From positions 62,001-126,000 of the IMG/VR virus record IMGVR_UViG_3300043399_000272: DNA of 64,000 nucleotides. One strand, given 5' to 3'. The notes under the pieces are model-generated. The model was not told the origin of the DNA. It worked only from the letters and a program-made list of their open reading frames with translations, and did not search any database. The stretch's first letter is position 1; the number at the start of each line of letters is the position of its first letter. This document shows, one piece after another, positions 17,482 to 27,807 of this stretch. The position numbers were made by a program, and so were the translations under genes.

Positions 17482-19301
17482 TATAGTCCAATTGCCTTCC
17501 ATCCATACGTTACGTTACTGTATATCAACTCTACTGTAGCATTGTCATAATCTACTAGCAAATCTGAAGCAGCTCCTTGAATATTATGCCCATTTCGTAA
17601 TACAGTAATATTATTAGCTGCCGCAGTTCCTGCAAGATCACTTACTTTAACAGTGTCACCTAATGTAGCAACACTAGGTAATGTCACAGAAAGTGCGCCT
17701 GCTGATGTATCAACAAAATATCCATTAAACACTGTCATAGTGACGTTTGAATTAGTCAAGTTCCATGTCAATCCTGTAGGGGGATTAATATTACCAACTG
17801 ATGCAAAACTAGTAACTTCAATAGGTGCTTGATTTGGTGGTGCAGAAGAAAATGTTAATGTATTGCCAGATAATGAATATGTAGTCTTAGGTTGTAATGT
17901 TCCAGCTACACCAACGATTGTATAATTTTCAGAACTAGGTGTTACTGATAAAGTAAAGTTAACGGTAGTACCGTCACCGGTAAATGAATCGACTGCAAGT
18001 TGTGTTGGACCACCGCCTCCTTGTGCCCATGATAAGTTACCTGCACCGTCAGTACTTAATACATAATTAGCTGTTCCACCTGGGATATGTAAGTTAGCTA
18101 TATTGCCTAAACTAACGTTGCTTGCACCAGTAAAGTCTATAGTTCCAGTTGCGGTTAAACCAGTTCCACTAACCACAACAACGTTGGCATTTCCTGCAGC
18201 CTGGAATGTGATGTTACCGTTTTCGATAACATTCATTATGCTATTACCGTTAGTAACGTTTGACACACTAGTAATAATACCAGTTAGTTGGCTACCATTA
18301 CCTTTGAAGTAATCAGCACGAATGTTACCGTAACTAGTAAAAGTTACAACTTCAGAATTAATTGATACTACATCACCGAAACCAAATTCAGCATTACTTA
18401 CATCCCAACCCATAAAAGCCACACGAGCTTGTGTGTCATAATAGTTAAGTGCAGTACCTACATCTTTACCTGAGTTACTTGTAGGAGCAGCAGCGTTTGG
18501 TCCTGTTTGTAATTGAATAATCGGGTCTTCAACTGATAAATCTGAAACATTTACGTAAACCAAATTACCATCTACTGTTAAGTCTCCGCCGACAACTAAG
18601 TTTCCTGAAACACCTAAACTTGTTAAAGTACCAACACTAGTAATATTAGGTTGTGCTGCTGTAGTGACTGTCCCTGCTGTACCGGCAGATGTTGCATTAG
18701 CTACAGTTCCAGTTACATTAGAACCGTTGATCCCAGTCAATGCTTGACCGTTACCGATGATATTTCCTACTTGCACATTACCAGTTGTGGTAATTGTATT
18801 AGATCCAAAACTTGCTAAGAAGGTTGCTACGTTACTGTTATTATATGTTACAGGGGCAGATGCAAATGCACCATTGCCATATAATATGTTACTTGCATTA
18901 CCATCTAAGTTAACAGTAGCAATATTTCCTATTCCACTTACATTTCCAACTGCTACTGAGTTGGCAGTTGTTGCGTATGCTACTGCACCTGTTACGTTAC
19001 CGCCGGGTATACTAGTTAAACCTGCTCCTGAACCATTGAATGTGTTAGCTGTTACGTTACCAGTAACTGACAAAGCGTTAGTAGTATTGTTGAACGTTAA
19101 TGCATTACTACCATCAAGTGACCCATTGTTACTATAATAAATTGCAGTATTAGCGACATTAGGTATAGTTGGGAAAACCGTTACATTTCCGTCAGATTGT
19201 TTTACTACTAGGTCATCGTTAGTATTTAAAAATATAGTACCTTTACCACTACCTGGGGTGGGTACTGCATTTGCGTTTTCCTGTTTTAAAATTAATGACA
19301 T
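17481..19301 (-). CDS. fibre-like virion protein
   Basis: G/N/T/S-rich; one QPNITSVGTL module; FTGDGTTVNFTL domain; C-terminal YFVDTSAG..VTLP...NITV..NG domain. Confidence 0.75.
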   Translation of the reverse strand: MSLILKQENANAVPTPGSGKGTIFLNTNDDLVVKQSDGNVTVFPTIPNVANTAIYYSNNGSLDGSNALTFNNTTNALSVTGNVTANTFNGSGAGLTSIPGGNVTGAVAYATTANSVAVGNVSGIGNIATVNLDGNASNILYGNGAFASAPVTYNNSNVATFLASFGSNTITTTGNVQVGNIIGNGQALTGINGSNVTGTVANATSAGTAGTVTTAAQPNITSVGTLTSLGVSGNLVVGGDLTVDGNLVYVNVSDLSVEDPIIQLQTGPNAAAPTSNSGKDVGTALNYYDTQARVAFMGWDVSNAEFGFGDVVSINSEVVTFTSYGNIRADYFKGNGSQLTGIITSVSNVTNGNSIMNVIENGNITFQAAGNANVVVVSGTGLTATGTIDFTGASNVSLGNIANLHIPGGTANYVLSTDGAGNLSWAQGGGGPTQLAVDSFTGDGTTVNFTLSVTPSSENYTIVGVAGTLQPKTTYSLSGNTLTFSSAPPNQAPIEVTSFASVGNINPPTGLTWNLTNSNVTMTVFNGYFVDTSAGALSVTLPSVATLGDTVKVSDLAGTAAANNITVLRNGHNIQGAASDLLVDYDNATVELIYSNVTYGWKAIGL

Positions 19302-19313
19302 TATTTTTCCTCG

Positions 19314-19928
19314 TTATACTTCTACTAAGATACCTTCAATTTCTAATGTTCCGTCTCCTATATCGATAGGTAAACTGAAAAGACCTTGTCTGTTTGCAGG
19401 AATCAAGTAATGCTCTGACGTATTTATTTGAAACGGCATGTACGCAGCAGTGATTATAGTAGATGATCCTTGTTCGACCCAAGATAAGTTTCCGGCTCCG
19501 TCTGTTGCTAAAACATAACCGTCAATACCACCAGATATGTGTAAATTTTCAACAGCACCTAAATTAGCACTAGATGTAGCTACAAAATTATTTGCGGTAA
19601 GAGTAGTTGTAGTTTTGTCGAAGGTTAGCCCAGCATTTCCGGCAAAAGATCCGCCGTCATTGAATTGAACTTGAGTGTTTGATCCACCAGGTGATCCTGA
19701 ACCGCCTGACTGCGGAACCCAAGACAATGAACCTGATCCGTTAGTGCTAAGTACGTAGTTAGCAGAACCACCGGTTATAGTAACATTTGATACTGAACCA
19801 AGATTTGCAGAACCTGTGACTTGTATATTACCCGAATATGTATTGGCCGTAATACTACTATTACTAGCATTCAATATAATATTACCGGTCGTTAAGCCGT
19901 TCTTAACGTTAAAATATTTTTGTGTCAC
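19314..19928 (-). CDS. short fibre-like virion protein
   Basis: GTG start; KYFNVKxG N-terminus; two TxGxGxLSW modules. Confidence 0.7.
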   Translation of the reverse strand: MTQKYFNVKNGLTTGNIILNASNSSITANTYSGNIQVTGSANLGSVSNVTITGGSANYVLSTNGSGSLSWVPQSGGSGSPGGSNTQVQFNDGGSFAGNAGLTFDKTTTTLTANNFVATSSANLGAVENLHISGGIDGYVLATDGAGNLSWVEQGSSTIITAAYMPFQINTSEHYLIPANRQGLFSLPIDIGDGTLEIEGILVEV

Positions 19929-19981
19929 AGTTCCATATTCCCTGTTGTAAGCAAATTGTAATGTAGAAACCTATATTGCTA

Positions 19982-22981
19982 TTAGATAGCAATGTAAGTA
20001 GCTACTAGTTTAACCTTTGTGTTAGCTCCTGATGCAGTTGCATACAATGCAACGTTTCCTGATACTCCGCTAACATTACTAGAAATTTCAATAATATCAG
20101 CAGTATTATTACTACAGATACTACCGTAAATTGTTACGTATGAATTAACTCCGTCATGTATTAGCAATGTTTCAACAGATTGGTATCCGTCATCACCTTC
20201 AGCACTGATAACATATTTAGCAGTTCTAAAACTAGCGGGAGCAAATTGGTCGATAACAGTGTTAGTTGTTACAGCTACGTTAGCTCTTCCTGAAGTAAAC
20301 GCAGTATTTGCTGCGGAATAGTTAGCCGCTAAATTACCAGAAACATTTAGACTTGTTAGTGTACCTACACTAGTAATATTTGGTTGTGCAGCAGTTGTTA
20401 CTGTACCTGCAGTAGTTGCCGTATTAGCAGTGCCCCATAGATTACCGATGAAGTAATTAGCTGTTGCAGCATTGCCCAAATCAGCATTAGATGCAGTAAT
20501 ATTACCAGTTACTCCTAAGTAGCCAGTTACGTTTGATCCAGTAGCAGTAACAACCATTGTTGTATTACCACCCGCAACAAGATTTACGTTACCATTAGAT
20601 ACTGGGATACTTACATTACTTGTGCCGTTAGATATAGAACTAGAGCTGAGTGTCGCCCACGATAACGTTCCGGTACCATCTGTTTGTAGATATTGACCTG
20701 AAGTACCACCAGTAATACGAACATTACCGACTGGTCCTAAACTTACGTTGCTTGCACCTGTTAGATTTACAGTACCGGTGCTTGTTAAACCAGTTAATGT
20801 ACCAACTGATGTAATATTAGGTTGTGCTGCTGTAGTTACTGTACCCGCAGTAGTTGCTGTGTTAGCAGTACCCCAGAAGTTACCGATGAAGTAATTTGCA
20901 GTTGCTGCATTACCTAAGTTTGCATTATTTGTTACAATATTACCGTTTAGTGTGACAATGTTAGTAGTATCATCAAACGTAAAGTCAGAACTTGCACCAG
21001 CATTACCAGAATTGTTAAACAGTATAGATGTATTTGTACCGGGTACAACAATGTTACCACTGATGTTACCTTGTACGTTACCGATGAAGTACGGTGCAGT
21101 AATGTTACCAGTAGATGTTAATGTACCGTTTGCTCCGCCTACTGTGATAGTGACGTTAGCAGTTGAATTACCGACAACCAATGAAGATAGAGTACCAACA
21201 CTAGTAATATTTGGTTGTGCTGCTGTTGTTAATGTACCAGTTAATAAACTTGCACCGATAGTACCTGAGTTAGCATATACATTACCTGCTGTTACGTTAG
21301 CAGTAACAGATAAACTCGATAGAGTACCAACACTAGTAATATTTGGTTGTGCCGCTGTTGTTAATGTACCAGTTAATAAACTTGCACCGATAGTACCTGA
21401 GTTAGCATAGATATTTGCAGCAGTCACGTTGCCCGTAAATACACCAATATTTGCGCCAATATTACCTACGTTTGCATTACCTGTAATATTTAATGTACCT
21501 GTACCAGTGATGCTTCCTGATTTGAACGGAGCATATGTAGCGTTAGCCCAGTCAATTACCGTAGTTGGCTCTGTAGCAACGCCGTCAAATAGTTTCCAAA
21601 CACCATCTGTGTGGTCACGAACAATACCAGTATGCTCATATGTACCATCGTTATAGCTTGCAACGATACCTAAATCTACGATATTTGCAGTATTATTAGC
21701 ACCAATATAAATTAATGGGTCACCGACTACTAAGTCAGTAACGTTTTGATAATTCAAGTTTCCAGTAACTGTTAAATTGCCTGTAATACCGACATTACCT
21801 GTAAAAGATGCGCCGCCAGCAGCAACAGTCATGCCATTAGAAATATATGCTGAACCATTAGATGATAAATTACCTACTGTTGCATTACCAGTAACACCTA
21901 AACTTGCTAGATCTCCGACACTAGTAATATTAGGTTGTGCTGCTGTTGTTAACGTACCTGTTACGAAATTCGCACTTACTAAATTAGCACCACTCAACTG
22001 AGAGCCTGAGCCACTCATTGTGATGTCACCGTCTGCTACTAAAGTCAAACTTGATAGTGTACCAACACTAGTAATATTTGGTTGTGCCGCTGTTGTTAAT
22101 GTACCAGTTAATAAACTTGCACCAATTGTACCACTATTAGCGTAAACATTACCTGATGTTACGTTACCAGTAACTGATAGTGATGATAATGTACCAACAC
22201 TAGTAATATTTGGTTGAGCCGCAGTTGTTAATGTACCAGTTACAAAGTTTGCGCTTACTAAATTTCCGCCTGATAAAGTTCCTGCACCTTCCATTGTAAC
22301 GTTCTTAACGCCCAATGTATCAGTTGTTTTATCGTATGTAAAGTTTGCATCAGCACCAAATGAACCACCGTCATTAAACTGAACTTGTGTGTTTGAACCT
22401 GCAGTACCTAAACTATTAGGAGAAGCCCAACTTAGAGTACCGGATCCATTTGTACTTAGGACATATCCTGATGTACCACCTGTAATGTGTACATTGCCTA
22501 CAGCACCTAATGCAACATTGCTTGTGCCAGTGAAGTCTACTATTCCAGTGCTGGTTAATCCAGTTAAAGTACCTAAACTAGTAATATTTGGTTGAGCAGC
22601 AGTGACAACATTTCCTGCATATGCAGCATAGTTTGCATTAGCAGTAGTGCCCGTAATATTAGCACCGTTAATACTAGATAATAATGAACCATTACCGCTG
22701 AAGAAATTCGCTGTTACTAAGTTACCTAAGTTAGCGTTTCCTGCAGTTAAATTACCTGTTACGTCTACACTAGATAGTGTACCGACACTGGTAATATTGG
22801 GTTGTGAAGAAGTTGTTAATGTACCAGTAACAAAGTTTGCGGTTGCTAAATTACCTAAGTTAGCAACTCCGCCGGCTTTAACACTAATATTACCTACATT
22901 AGCAATGTTGCCTGAGGCCGCATCTAAAGTAATATTTCCTGTTACAATACCTTGCTTAACGTTAAAATATTTTGTTGTCAT
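19982..22981 (-). CDS. long fibre-like virion protein (999 aa)
   Basis: Nine QPNITSxGxL modules; C-terminal FRTAKY...LLIHDG domain. Confidence 0.8.
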   Translation of the reverse strand: MTTKYFNVKQGIVTGNITLDAASGNIANVGNISVKAGGVANLGNLATANFVTGTLTTSSQPNITSVGTLSSVDVTGNLTAGNANLGNLVTANFFSGNGSLLSSINGANITGTTANANYAAYAGNVVTAAQPNITSLGTLTGLTSTGIVDFTGTSNVALGAVGNVHITGGTSGYVLSTNGSGTLSWASPNSLGTAGSNTQVQFNDGGSFGADANFTYDKTTDTLGVKNVTMEGAGTLSGGNLVSANFVTGTLTTAAQPNITSVGTLSSLSVTGNVTSGNVYANSGTIGASLLTGTLTTAAQPNITSVGTLSSLTLVADGDITMSGSGSQLSGANLVSANFVTGTLTTAAQPNITSVGDLASLGVTGNATVGNLSSNGSAYISNGMTVAAGGASFTGNVGITGNLTVTGNLNYQNVTDLVVGDPLIYIGANNTANIVDLGIVASYNDGTYEHTGIVRDHTDGVWKLFDGVATEPTTVIDWANATYAPFKSGSITGTGTLNITGNANVGNIGANIGVFTGNVTAANIYANSGTIGASLLTGTLTTAAQPNITSVGTLSSLSVTANVTAGNVYANSGTIGASLLTGTLTTAAQPNITSVGTLSSLVVGNSTANVTITVGGANGTLTSTGNITAPYFIGNVQGNISGNIVVPGTNTSILFNNSGNAGASSDFTFDDTTNIVTLNGNIVTNNANLGNAATANYFIGNFWGTANTATTAGTVTTAAQPNITSVGTLTGLTSTGTVNLTGASNVSLGPVGNVRITGGTSGQYLQTDGTGTLSWATLSSSSISNGTSNVSIPVSNGNVNLVAGGNTTMVVTATGSNVTGYLGVTGNITASNADLGNAATANYFIGNLWGTANTATTAGTVTTAAQPNITSVGTLTSLNVSGNLAANYSAANTAFTSGRANVAVTTNTVIDQFAPASFRTAKYVISAEGDDGYQSVETLLIHDGVNSYVTIYGSICSNNTADIIEISSNVSGVSGNVALYATASGANTKVKLVATYIAI
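21186..21409. repeat. near-perfect coding direct repeat (92 nt, period 132 nt; third partial copy at 22053-22123)
   Basis: 21186-21277 vs 21318-21409 match at 91/92 positions; 22053-22123 matches 70/71. Confidence 0.9.
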
Positions 22982-22992
22982 TTTTTATTTCC

Positions 22993-25590
22993 TTATCCTG
23001 TCACATATGTACCAAGTAAATTGATTGTTGTATTCGTTGATGTGGTTGTTGCCAACAATCTTACATTCCCAGAAGTAATATCAGTACTCAAATACACTAT
23101 ATCAGATCCTATAGTTGATAAACTACCATATACAGTAACGTAGCTAGCTGATCCATCGTGTATCAACAAGACTTCAATTGCTTGATAACCGTCATCACTG
23201 TTTGCCCTTATAGTGTATTTAGCTGATCTGTACTTATTTATCGGGAATGAGTCTATTACGGTGCTAGTAGTTACTACCACCGGTGTTCTATTGCTATAAA
23301 AGTCATTAACTTTTAAGTTAGTTATTGTCGCAGTCCCTGAACTAGTTAAGTTGCCAACCGTTGTATTCCCTCGTAAAGTAATATCACCTGTAGTACTTCC
23401 TACAGTCACGTTAGCTGACAATCCGATGTTTACGTTTCCTATAACTGATGTAAAAATACCAGCATCAGTTCCGGTAACTGCAATTAAACCTGAACCCAAA
23501 TTCAAACTGCCTGTAGTTACATTAGCTCCGGTACTAGTAACTACCAATATATTTGCGTTTCCACCAGCACTCAAATTCACATTACCGTTAGCTACTGGAA
23601 TAGATACGTTACTTGTACCGTTTGCTACAGCACTTGTATTAATTGTTTCCCAAGATAAATTACCTGATCCATCTGTTTGTAAATATTGGCCTGCTGCGCC
23701 GCCTGAGATGTGTACATTACCAACTGCGCCTAATGTTACATTAGATGCTGTAGACAAGTTTAATGTACCTGTGCTAGTAATATTAGTTACGCTTAGTACG
23801 TTTGTCGTATCATTAAATGTAAATGCAGCAGAACCTACATAATATGATCCATTGCTGTATGGTATTTGTGAGCTGGTTATAGCAGGTATTACACCATAAA
23901 CAGTTACTTCAATAATAGATCCACTTAGCGGGGCAGTACTAAAGGTAATTTGGTTACTAGATACTGAGTATGTATTAGAAAACTGAGTAATACCATTTAT
24001 GTTTACTGAAACAGCGTCAAGCCCCGAAGGTGTTGTAGTTAATGTAAATGTTGTCTGAGAGCCGTTACCAGTTAATGTATTCTTTACAATATTAACAAAT
24101 CCGCCTGAAGTTCCACCTGCGGGACCCCAAGATAAGTTGCCTGTACCATCGGTAATCAACGCATACCCAGAAGAGCCTCCTGTAATGTGAACGTTACCGA
24201 CAGGACCTAATGCAACATTACTACTACTAGTAAAGTTAACTACTCCGGTACTAGTAACTCCAGAGAGTGTACCAACACTTGTAATGTTAGGTTGTGCGTT
24301 TGTGTATACAGTACCAGCTACCAATGCATTTGATACTTGTCCAGTTACATTGGCTCCATTTAAGCCAGTTAATGCTTGACCATTACCAATGATATTACCA
24401 ACAGTTACATTACCAGTCGTAGTTATTGTGTTTGATCCAAATGATGCTAATAACGAAGTAACATTACTGTTGCTATAATCCGTAACGTCTGCTGCCCAAC
24501 TTAAATTACCTGCACCATCTGTTTTAAGTACATAACCTGCAGAACCACCAGTAATACGAACATTACCGATTGGTCCTAAACTTACGTTGCTTGCATTAGT
24601 TAAGTTAACAGTACCGGTACTAGTAAGACTTGATAAAGTGCCTACACTAGTAATATTAGGTTGAGATGCAGTAGTTAAAGTACCGCTTACAAAATTAGCA
24701 GAAGCTAAGTTACCTAAATTAGCATTTCCAGAAGTAATGTTTCCACTTACATTTAGGTTTGATAATGTACCAACTGATGTGATATTTGGTTGCGCTGCTG
24801 TATAGACAGTCCCGGCTACTAATGCATTTGATACTTGCCCAGTAACGTTAGAACCATTTAGTCCAGTTAATGATTGACCATTACCAATGATATTACCCGC
24901 AGTAATATTACCAGTAGTTGTTATGGTATTAGATCCAAAAGATGCTAGAAGTGAAGTGACGTTAGCGTTACTATAGTCAGTAGTATCTGCTGACCAACTA
25001 AGATTACCTAATCCATCTGTTTTAAGAACTTGTCCTGCGCTGCCACCAGTAATACGAACATTACCGACAGGACCTAAACTTACATTGCTTGCGCCAGTTA
25101 AATTGATTACCCCGGTGCTTGTTAAACCAGTAAGTGTGCCAACTGATGTGATATTTGGTTGCGCTGCTGTATAGACAGTACCTGCAATCAATGCGTTAGC
25201 TACTTGACCGGCTACGTTAGCACCGGTTATGTAGGTAATGCCAGCACCGTTAGCAGTTACGTTGTCAACTGTTAATGTTTTAGAACTATCATTGTATGTT
25301 AAATTTGCACTAGCAGCAAATGATCCACTACCATTATATTGAATCTGTGTATTAGATCCTGCTGGTGAGGCTGTGTCAGTAGCCCAACTTAAATTACCTG
25401 CACCATCAGTTTTTAATACTTGGCCCGATGAGCCACCGGTAATTTTAACATTAGCATTACTACCTAGTTGGCTAGTACCAGTAACAGATAGGTTATTAGC
25501 ATTAACGTTGGCAACATTGTCGATGACTTCAAAAACTACATCGCCACCGACAGAGAACCCAGCCACTGCGTTAAATTTTTTAATTGCCAT
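22993..25590 (-). CDS. long fibre-like virion protein (865 aa)
   Basis: Four QPNITSVGTL modules, five TDGxGNLSW modules, a large internal duplication, C-terminal YRSAKY...LLIHDG domain. Confidence 0.8.
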   Translation of the reverse strand: MAIKKFNAVAGFSVGGDVVFEVIDNVANVNANNLSVTGTSQLGSNANVKITGGSSGQVLKTDGAGNLSWATDTASPAGSNTQIQYNGSGSFAASANLTYNDSSKTLTVDNVTANGAGITYITGANVAGQVANALIAGTVYTAAQPNITSVGTLTGLTSTGVINLTGASNVSLGPVGNVRITGGSAGQVLKTDGLGNLSWSADTTDYSNANVTSLLASFGSNTITTTGNITAGNIIGNGQSLTGLNGSNVTGQVSNALVAGTVYTAAQPNITSVGTLSNLNVSGNITSGNANLGNLASANFVSGTLTTASQPNITSVGTLSSLTSTGTVNLTNASNVSLGPIGNVRITGGSAGYVLKTDGAGNLSWAADVTDYSNSNVTSLLASFGSNTITTTGNVTVGNIIGNGQALTGLNGANVTGQVSNALVAGTVYTNAQPNITSVGTLSGVTSTGVVNFTSSSNVALGPVGNVHITGGSSGYALITDGTGNLSWGPAGGTSGGFVNIVKNTLTGNGSQTTFTLTTTPSGLDAVSVNINGITQFSNTYSVSSNQITFSTAPLSGSIIEVTVYGVIPAITSSQIPYSNGSYYVGSAAFTFNDTTNVLSVTNITSTGTLNLSTASNVTLGAVGNVHISGGAAGQYLQTDGSGNLSWETINTSAVANGTSNVSIPVANGNVNLSAGGNANILVVTSTGANVTTGSLNLGSGLIAVTGTDAGIFTSVIGNVNIGLSANVTVGSTTGDITLRGNTTVGNLTSSGTATITNLKVNDFYSNRTPVVVTTSTVIDSFPINKYRSAKYTIRANSDDGYQAIEVLLIHDGSASYVTVYGSLSTIGSDIVYLSTDITSGNVRLLATTTSTNTTINLLGTYVTG

Positions 25591-25614
25591 AATATATCCT
25601 GTGTTACGGTCTTA

Positions 25615-27795
25615 TTATATTGTTCTATATTGTGTGGTCCAAACAGTTGACGCACTTGTTGCAGGGGTGACTCCTAGTAAAATTTGATTTAATGATATAT
25701 TCACTGCTAATGTTCCAGTTGCTCCACCTAATAATACAGTGCCAGAAACAGAGTAATCTACATTACCAGATCCGTCGTGTACGCAATATACTGTTGCTAC
25801 ACTATATTTTCCGCCAGTTTGATTTTCACCTTTGACATCGAATATAACACCTCTAACACCGGTAGTAGAAACTGCTGCAATAGTTTGATTAGCACCAATA
25901 CTTGAAGTTGTGATAGTTTCGCTGCGTACAGTTGAATTTCCAATCAACAAATTAGCAACAGTAGTGTTGCCTGCTGTTAGTGTATTAGAAATATTTGCGC
26001 TGCCAGTGATTATGACTTGTGGGTTAGCACTTACACCATCTACATTAAGTATATTTGCAACACCATTGCTGCTGACAGTAACGTTTCCGTTTTGATAAAC
26101 AGATATATTGCTATTTCCATTAGCAAGACTACTTGTACTTACTGTAGTCCAAGTTAATGTTCCTGAACCATTTGTTTGTAATACTTGTCCAGCACTACCG
26201 TCGGTTACTGGATAAGACAATCCACTTGCAATCAGAGAATTTAAGTTAGCGGTATTGTTAACTCTTAAATTACCACCAATTGTCAAATTACTCAAAGTAC
26301 CGACTGAGGTAATATTAGGCTGACTTGCTTGTAAAACTGTGCCGTTTAAGTTACCTAAGAATGCTTCACCTCTTATGTTACCGTATGCACTGGCAGTAAC
26401 TACTTCATTAGTGATTGAGCCAACTTGAGAAATTGCCTGGAATTCGTTAGAACCGGTTTTCCAAATGAACGCTTCGTTAATCGGTCCGCTTCCGTTAGCA
26501 TAGTAGTTATGAAGAATCATACCACGGTCTTTACCGTCATATGCTGTTGCATTTGCTCCGTTACCAGAACCACCCATACTAATTAAAGGGTCAGAAATAT
26601 CTAAGTTAGTTACGTTAATATATGTTGTATTTCCACTAACTGTTAGATTTCCTGCAATAGTTGCGTTACCTTGAAACGCTGCATCACCGCGTGAAGTAAA
26701 TGTACCAGTTGATAAATTATTAGCTATATTAGCAGCATCCATCAAAATTACATTAGCACTAGATTTAATGTAAGCTGTTCCAAGGTTAATGTTAGAAACG
26801 TATAAATCTTTCCACTGATTGCTTGAGCTACCTAAATCAAAGTTATTGTTAATACTAGGAATCATTGAGGAAATAACTCTAGCAGTGACATTCAAGTTTG
26901 CGGCGTTAACATTACCACTTACGTTAGCATTTCCAGTAACGTTTAAGCTAGATAATGTACCGATACTAGTAATATTAGGTTGAGCACCAGTAGTTAATGT
27001 ACCACTTACAAAGTTAGCAGATGCTAAGTTACCTAAATTAGCATTTCCAGAAGTAATATTTCCTAAAACGCTTAGTGAACCCAATGTGCCAACTTGTGTT
27101 ATGTTGGGTTGCAATGCAGTAGTTAACGTACCTGAAACATAATTAGCACTTACTACGTTGGCCCCAGAGATACTACCTGCACCGTCTACTACCAAGTTAG
27201 TAAGTGTGCCTACGCTGGTGATGTTAGGTTGCGCTGCTGTTGTTAACGTACCGCTTACAAAATTAGCAGAAGCTAAGTTACCTAAATTAGCATTTCCAGT
27301 AGTAAGGTTACCAACTAGTGCAAGTGAGTTAGCTGAGGCGTTGAACGTTAACCCAGAAGAAACAGTTAATATACCGTTGTTATTGTATGTAACGCCGTTA
27401 GCAGTACCTGATAGTACAGTATTGGCATATATGTTTCCATAGATATTACCATCAATGCGGTTAGCAGTAACATTAGCAGCACTTAATGTGTCTGATATAT
27501 TTGCATTTCCAGTTACTGTTAATAAATTTGTAGATGGGGTGAATTGGAAATTAGCACTAGCACCAAAAGAGCCATCATTATTATATTGAACATAATTATT
27601 TGAACCTGCGGGTAATTGAAAGTCCCACGGCGATCCATTAGCATAAAGTAAGTTATTGGTTAATACGTTACCTGCAGCTACGTTACCAGTAAATGTTGCA
27701 TTTGCGGTAGTAATATCACCGTTAGCCAATATAATCGTGGTTGGGTTTTCTCCTACTGAAAAGCCACCGACTGAGTTAAAGGTTCTAATTGCCAT
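25615..27795 (-). CDS. long fibre-like virion protein (726 aa)
   Basis: FNSVGGFSVG N-terminus; four QPNIT modules; related C-terminal VHDG domain. Confidence 0.8.
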   Translation of the reverse strand: MAIRTFNSVGGFSVGENPTTIILANGDITTANATFTGNVAAGNVLTNNLLYANGSPWDFQLPAGSNNYVQYNNDGSFGASANFQFTPSTNLLTVTGNANISDTLSAANVTANRIDGNIYGNIYANTVLSGTANGVTYNNNGILTVSSGLTFNASANSLALVGNLTTGNANLGNLASANFVSGTLTTAAQPNITSVGTLTNLVVDGAGSISGANVVSANYVSGTLTTALQPNITQVGTLGSLSVLGNITSGNANLGNLASANFVSGTLTTGAQPNITSIGTLSSLNVTGNANVSGNVNAANLNVTARVISSMIPSINNNFDLGSSSNQWKDLYVSNINLGTAYIKSSANVILMDAANIANNLSTGTFTSRGDAAFQGNATIAGNLTVSGNTTYINVTNLDISDPLISMGGSGNGANATAYDGKDRGMILHNYYANGSGPINEAFIWKTGSNEFQAISQVGSITNEVVTASAYGNIRGEAFLGNLNGTVLQASQPNITSVGTLSNLTIGGNLRVNNTANLNSLIASGLSYPVTDGSAGQVLQTNGSGTLTWTTVSTSSLANGNSNISVYQNGNVTVSSNGVANILNVDGVSANPQVIITGSANISNTLTAGNTTVANLLIGNSTVRSETITTSSIGANQTIAAVSTTGVRGVIFDVKGENQTGGKYSVATVYCVHDGSGNVDYSVSGTVLLGGATGTLAVNISLNQILLGVTPATSASTVWTTQYRTI

Positions 27796-27807
27796 TTTTT
27801 ATTTTCC

